From contig OY761159.2 of assembly GCA_963664395.2 (NCBI GenBank), positions 2,656,001 to 2,720,000 on the forward strand: a stretch of DNA of 64,000 nucleotides, given 5' to 3'. Made by a program: the position numbers and the translations under genes. A model generated the notes under the pieces. It was given only the letters and a program-made list of their open reading frames with translations. It did no database searches and was not told where the DNA came from. Below are positions 59,887 through 64,000 of the stretch, one piece after another (position 1 is the first letter of the stretch; every line of letters starts with the position of its first letter). This DNA comes from Candidatus Binatia bacterium (GTDB lineage Bacteria; Desulfobacterota; Binatia; Bin18).

Positions 59887-60996
59887 ATGAAAGTTGGTAT
59901 GTCGATTTTTATGCAGAACACGGACGAGCGGTGGTCTGACTACGAGGTCTATAAAAATGACCTCCGTCTGGCGGACCAGGCTGAGGACCTGGGCTTTGAC
60001 TCGTTATGGAGTGTTGAGCATCATTTTACACCCTATACCATGGTGCCCAACGTGACCCAGTTCCTCACTTATATGGCTGGTCGCACGAAGAAGATTGAAT
60101 TAGGGACGATGGTGATTGTCTTACCATGGCACGATCCTGTGCGTGTTGCAGAAGAGATTGCCATGCTGGACCTCTTATCCGATGGCCGTATCATCATCGG
60201 CTTTGGCCGTGGCGCGGCAACGGTGGAGTATGATGGCTTCCGCGTTTCCATGGAAGAATCTCGCGATCGTTTTGTCGAAGCCGCCGAGGTGGTAGTCAAA
60301 GCATTATCCAATGAGCGTTTTTCGCACCAGGGCACGTTTTTTCAAATTCCTGAGACGAGCATTCGACCCCGCCCTTTTTCCCACCCGGAACAACGCCTGT
60401 ATGGTGCGGCCGTCAGCCCGGATACGGCTGAGCGTATGGCTCAGTTAGGATTAGGCGTGCTGGTTGCAGTTCCGCTGCACGGCTGGGATGCGGTCGCGAA
60501 AGACGTGCAGCGGCATGATGAGATCATTCGGGCGGCTGGCAAAGAACCGGTCCCGCCTATCGTCGCCAGCTTTGTCTATGTTGGGGAGACCGAGAAAGAG
60601 GCTCGTGAAGGCGCAACCCAACACATGGGTGGTTACTGGGGGTCGGCCGATGCCCACTATAATTTCTTGGACGGACACCTCAAGCAGGTCAAGGGCTATG
60701 AGCACTATGGAGTGATTGCTGATAATGCAAAGACCACAACGCCTGAGCAAGGCGTGCAGGATTTTATCAATCTCCAAGTGGCTGGAACCCCGGATCAGTG
60801 CATAGCACAAATTCATGCCATGCAAGAAAAAGTCGGCTTCGATCATTTGATTGCAGTCTTCAGCTATGGGGGGATGCCGCCTGAACAGACCGAACGGAAT
60901 ATGAAGCTGTTTGCGTCTGAAGTGCTGCCCAAGCTCCAAAGCCAAGGGGCCCCTGTCACGGTTGGTGGTAGCGCGTCCCACATCTCGGCCAAGTAG
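59887..60996 (+). CDS. LLM-class flavin-dependent oxidoreductase
   Basis: GFDSLWSVEHHF, LPWHDPVRVAEEIAMLD, GFGRG; AGGAGG before ATG 59887. Confidence 0.9.
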   Translation: MKVGMSIFMQNTDERWSDYEVYKNDLRLADQAEDLGFDSLWSVEHHFTPYTMVPNVTQFLTYMAGRTKKIELGTMVIVLPWHDPVRVAEEIAMLDLLSDGRIIIGFGRGAATVEYDGFRVSMEESRDRFVEAAEVVVKALSNERFSHQGTFFQIPETSIRPRPFSHPEQRLYGAAVSPDTAERMAQLGLGVLVAVPLHGWDAVAKDVQRHDEIIRAAGKEPVPPIVASFVYVGETEKEAREGATQHMGGYWGSADAHYNFLDGHLKQVKGYEHYGVIADNAKTTTPEQGVQDFINLQVAGTPDQCIAQIHAMQEKVGFDHLIAVFSYGGMPPEQTERNMKLFASEVLPKLQSQGAPVTVGGSASHISAK

Positions 60997-61024
60997 CAAC
61001 TCCCTTGTTGCATCCGGTATTATA

Positions 61025-61058
61025 AAAGGGAGCCTCAGTGCAGGCTCCCTTTATTTTT
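61025..61058 (+). terminator. Intrinsic terminator
   Basis: AAAGGGAGCCT-CAGTGC-AGGCTCCCTTT followed by ATTTTT. Confidence 0.75.
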
Positions 61059-61076
61059 GTGTGTGCAGGAGGCGCC

Positions 61077-62453
61077 GTGGGATTCGCCAAGGATATTCTA
61101 TGTATTGGAGCGGGCTATGTGGGAGGGCCAACCATGGCCATGATTGCCGCCCGCTGCCCACAGTACAAGGTCACCGTTGCGGACATCAACCCCGCCCGTA
61201 TTGATGCGTGGCAGAGTGACCAACTGCCGATCTATGAGCCTGGTCTCGACGAGGTGGTGAAGCAAGTACGGGACCACAACCTCTTTTTTTCGACTCAAGT
61301 AGCTCAAGGCATCCATGCCGCCGATATCATCTTTGTCTCGGTCAATACCCCAACGAAAACCTTTGGCCAGGGCGCTGGAAGAGCGGCAGATTTGCAATAC
61401 TGGGAGAGAACGGCGCGCCAGATTCTTGAACATTCTGATCGGAACAAGATTGTTGTAGAAAAGTCGACGCTGCCGGTCCGGACCGCCGAGGCTATGGAGC
61501 GTATCTTAAACGCCAATACCAAGAATATTCGTTTTGAGGTGCTCTCCAACCCGGAATTTCTGGCCGAAGGAAGCGCCATCACCGACCTGGAAACCCCCGA
61601 TCGCGTCCTCATTGGATCGAAAGAAACGCCTGAAGGGATCGAAGCCAGGAAAGCCATTGTCGATATTTACGCCAACTGGGTTCCGAGAGAGAATATTATT
61701 GAGTCGAACGTCTGGAGTGCCGAGCTTTCAAAGCTCGCCGCGAACGCCTTTTTAGCCCAGCGCATTTCTTCCATCAATACGATTTCCGCCTTGTGCGAAA
61801 AAACAGAGGCGGACGTGGATGAAGTCGCCTACGCGATTGGGAAAGATTCGCGTATTGGACCGAAGTTCTTGAAGTCGAGTGTCGGTTTTGGTGGGTCGTG
61901 CTTCAAAAAGGACATTCTGAACCTCGTCTACATCTGTCAAAGCTACGGTCTCACCGAGGTTGCCGAGTACTGGGAGTCGGTCGTCAAAATTAACGAGTGG
62001 CAGGAGCGCCGCTTTGTTCGGACTATCCTCGAAAGTATGTTCAACACGGTGGCCGGTAAACGCATCGCTTTACTGGGTTTTGCCTTTAAGGCCAACACCG
62101 GAGACACGCGTGAATCTCCGGCTATTTATATTGCGCGTGGTCTCGCCGAAGAGCGTGCCGAGGTCGTGGTGACAGACCCGCAGGCACTCGATAACGCGCA
62201 GGATGATCTCGCGGATATGAGAGACCGGGTAACCCTTGAACCCGACCCCTATACCGCGGCAGAGGGGGCGCACGCCATTGCGATTCTGACCGAGTGGGAT
62301 GTGTATCGCCAGCTCGATTACGCCCGCATTTTTGCGTCCATGGCGCAACCGGCCTTCCTCTTCGACGGCCGCAACATCCTGGACCACCAACAGCTCTTTG
62401 AGCTGGGTTTCAACGTCTTTCCGATTGGAAAGTCCGCGCTCAAACATTTCTGA
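61077..62453 (+). CDS. ugd: UDP-glucose 6-dehydrogenase
   Basis: CIGAGYVGG, EKSTLP, SNPEFLAEG, GFGGSCFKKD, FDGRN; AGGAGG before GTG 61077. Confidence 0.93.
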   Translation: MGFAKDILCIGAGYVGGPTMAMIAARCPQYKVTVADINPARIDAWQSDQLPIYEPGLDEVVKQVRDHNLFFSTQVAQGIHAADIIFVSVNTPTKTFGQGAGRAADLQYWERTARQILEHSDRNKIVVEKSTLPVRTAEAMERILNANTKNIRFEVLSNPEFLAEGSAITDLETPDRVLIGSKETPEGIEARKAIVDIYANWVPRENIIESNVWSAELSKLAANAFLAQRISSINTISALCEKTEADVDEVAYAIGKDSRIGPKFLKSSVGFGGSCFKKDILNLVYICQSYGLTEVAEYWESVVKINEWQERRFVRTILESMFNTVAGKRIALLGFAFKANTGDTRESPAIYIARGLAEERAEVVVTDPQALDNAQDDLADMRDRVTLEPDPYTAAEGAHAIAILTEWDVYRQLDYARIFASMAQPAFLFDGRNILDHQQLFELGFNVFPIGKSALKHF

Positions 62454-62587
62454 CGCGTCTGTCCGATAGCTACAAGGCTATAATCTACTGTGAAACGCTT
62501 TAGGCAATCGTCTACGACTTGGTCAAGTGATTTCTAGGAGAGTAAAGGTCAGGTAGCTAATTCGAGGCAGTGAGATAGAAGGGTAGC

Positions 62588-63703
62588 CTACTTAATCACC
62601 AGTATAGTGCCCTTTGGATAGTCTCCTGGTCTGTTTTTCTTACGGCCACTAATCACTTCCAGACGCCGGGCCATCTCCAACGGCTTGAGGGTTCCTTGCT
62701 TGAGGTGCATCGCTTCGGAGTACGGTGTCTCAAACAGAACGTAGTCTTCAATAGCTTCAATCGATACAGTCCCGCCGCCACCGAATTGCTTTACTATAAT
62801 CGCCTGCAAATTTGCGAGATCGGGAGTGGGTTCGAAAAGGGTGGGGCCTTGCGCTGCAGTATAATCTGAAAAAATTTCTCCTCCTCCCGGATCAACTTTC
62901 CACATTGCTTGTTTCATTTTTGAAAGGCCAAGCTTATTGCTCGTACCAAAGACTAAATAATACAAGAGGGAATTATTGATATCGGTCATCGCAAAGGCAC
63001 GGACATACTTAAACCCAACGGTATTGATGAGCTGATTCTTATAGAGCCCAATAAGAAATTCTTGTCTCTCGTCAGGCTCGGTCATATCTTGTACAGGACG
63101 CCAATCCTCGCAGCCGTATAGCTCATTAAGCCGTGGAGCGATCTTCTCTTCAGTAACGAACCTGTTGATGCTTTGATACATGAAGGTAATAAGCACCTCG
63201 CATCTTTCGTGCTGTGCGAGACGGACTAGAGTGCTCAGCGGGATGCCTGAGTAACCGAATGGATCTATGAAAGCAAAGGTCGGTGCTAAACGTCGGTTAT
63301 TCTCCTCTGCAAACTGTAACACCCTGTTGAGATAGGGATCGAATTCATCACACAACGTCTGAGTGGTCACCCATGGAGGCAGGTCAGGCGAGAGGCCTTC
63401 TATTATCGATTCGAGGGATTCAAATCGCTTGGGCTCCTGCTCTATGAAGGCAAATGAGAATTGGCAATTCCTCTTTCCAGTTTGCAGGTAGGTATGATTC
63501 CGGATTGTATCTAAGGCAATAACAGGAGAGCCTGGTTCACCTTCATTATAGCGCCCTGGACCGGCGAAGCCATCAAGGAAAAAGACTTTACCCTGAAAAC
63601 GCGAGATTATCGGTAGCCAGGCTTCAAGATAGCGCTGCAAGATGATGTGCTTGGCTTTTGTGTGAGGCTCCAGTTCCCATATTATGCTTTTTTGATTTGC
63701 CAT
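62588..63703 (-). CDS. tcmP: Three-Cys-motif partner protein TcmP (methyltransferase-like fold)
   Basis: [43 protein letters not shown]; start re-chosen at MANQK. Confidence 0.8.
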   Translation of the reverse strand: MANQKSIIWELEPHTKAKHIILQRYLEAWLPIISRFQGKVFFLDGFAGPGRYNEGEPGSPVIALDTIRNHTYLQTGKRNCQFSFAFIEQEPKRFESLESIIEGLSPDLPPWVTTQTLCDEFDPYLNRVLQFAEENNRRLAPTFAFIDPFGYSGIPLSTLVRLAQHERCEVLITFMYQSINRFVTEEKIAPRLNELYGCEDWRPVQDMTEPDERQEFLIGLYKNQLINTVGFKYVRAFAMTDINNSLLYYLVFGTSNKLGLSKMKQAMWKVDPGGGEIFSDYTAAQGPTLFEPTPDLANLQAIIVKQFGGGGTVSIEAIEDYVLFETPYSEAMHLKQGTLKPLEMARRLEVISGRKKNRPGDYPKGTILVIK

Positions 63704-63998
63704 AAGCGAGGGATAAAGATTTACCATGGATACGATGGCCACCTTTGGGCATAGCGAACCAGGTCTTGCCGTCCAGCGTCCGACCGCCAGACTTCGCCGT
63801 CCTCCCTCCCCATTGCTTGAAGAAGAACGCGGTATTGGAAGTGAGGCATTGATCACGGATTGCGCGTACCCAAGACGGGTCAATGTGTCGATGGTTTGGG
63901 CCGCTTTCCCCCCCGACAATCACCCAATCAACTCCGCGCAAGCTAAACTTGGGGAACGGAGCGAGCAACGGCTCTATCGACAGGAAACGAACGGCTGC
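63624..63998 (-). CDS. DUF5131 (phage Gp37/Gp68-like) protein, C-terminal part (5' end outside window)
   Basis: [45 protein letters not shown]. Confidence 0.85.
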   Translation of the reverse strand, partial: AAVRFLSIEPLLAPFPKFSLRGVDWVIVGGESGPNHRHIDPSWVRAIRDQCLTSNTAFFFKQWGGRTAKSGGRTLDGKTWFAMPKGGHRIHGKSLSLAYGKSKKHNMGTGASHKSQAHHLAALS

Positions 63999-64000
63999 CT

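Overview
Bacterial chromosomal window with moderately high GC, dominated by catabolic and redox genes. It holds six luciferase-like monooxygenases, two Rieske oxygenases, an HpaB-family hydroxylase, SDRs, VOC proteins, a Co-type nitrile hydratase and tandem near-identical amidohydrolases. It also holds housekeeping genes (leuC/leuD, moaA, ugd, a thioredoxin-TPR protein) and two toxin-antitoxin pairs (HicBA, VapBC). Three loci stand out. (1) A visibly AT-richer, tightly coupled five-gene defence operon at 9.7-19.5 kb: SNF2 helicase, 65-aa protein, Rad50/RloC-like ABC ATPase with a zinc hook plus a putative HEPN motif and Zn ribbon, Type III Mod and Type III Res. (2) A 2-oxoacid dehydrogenase E2 fused to a two-cysteine OsmC domain, possibly a self-contained lipoyl-driven peroxidase. 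(3) A DUF5131/TcmP pair cut by the right edge. Four damaged genes cluster at 24.7-33.8 kb. No rRNA, tRNA, CRISPR array or transposase was recognised. All calls come from manual motif recognition; no database search was run. The gene repertoire resembles Binatia/Tectomicrobia-type genomes, but that is a weak inference.
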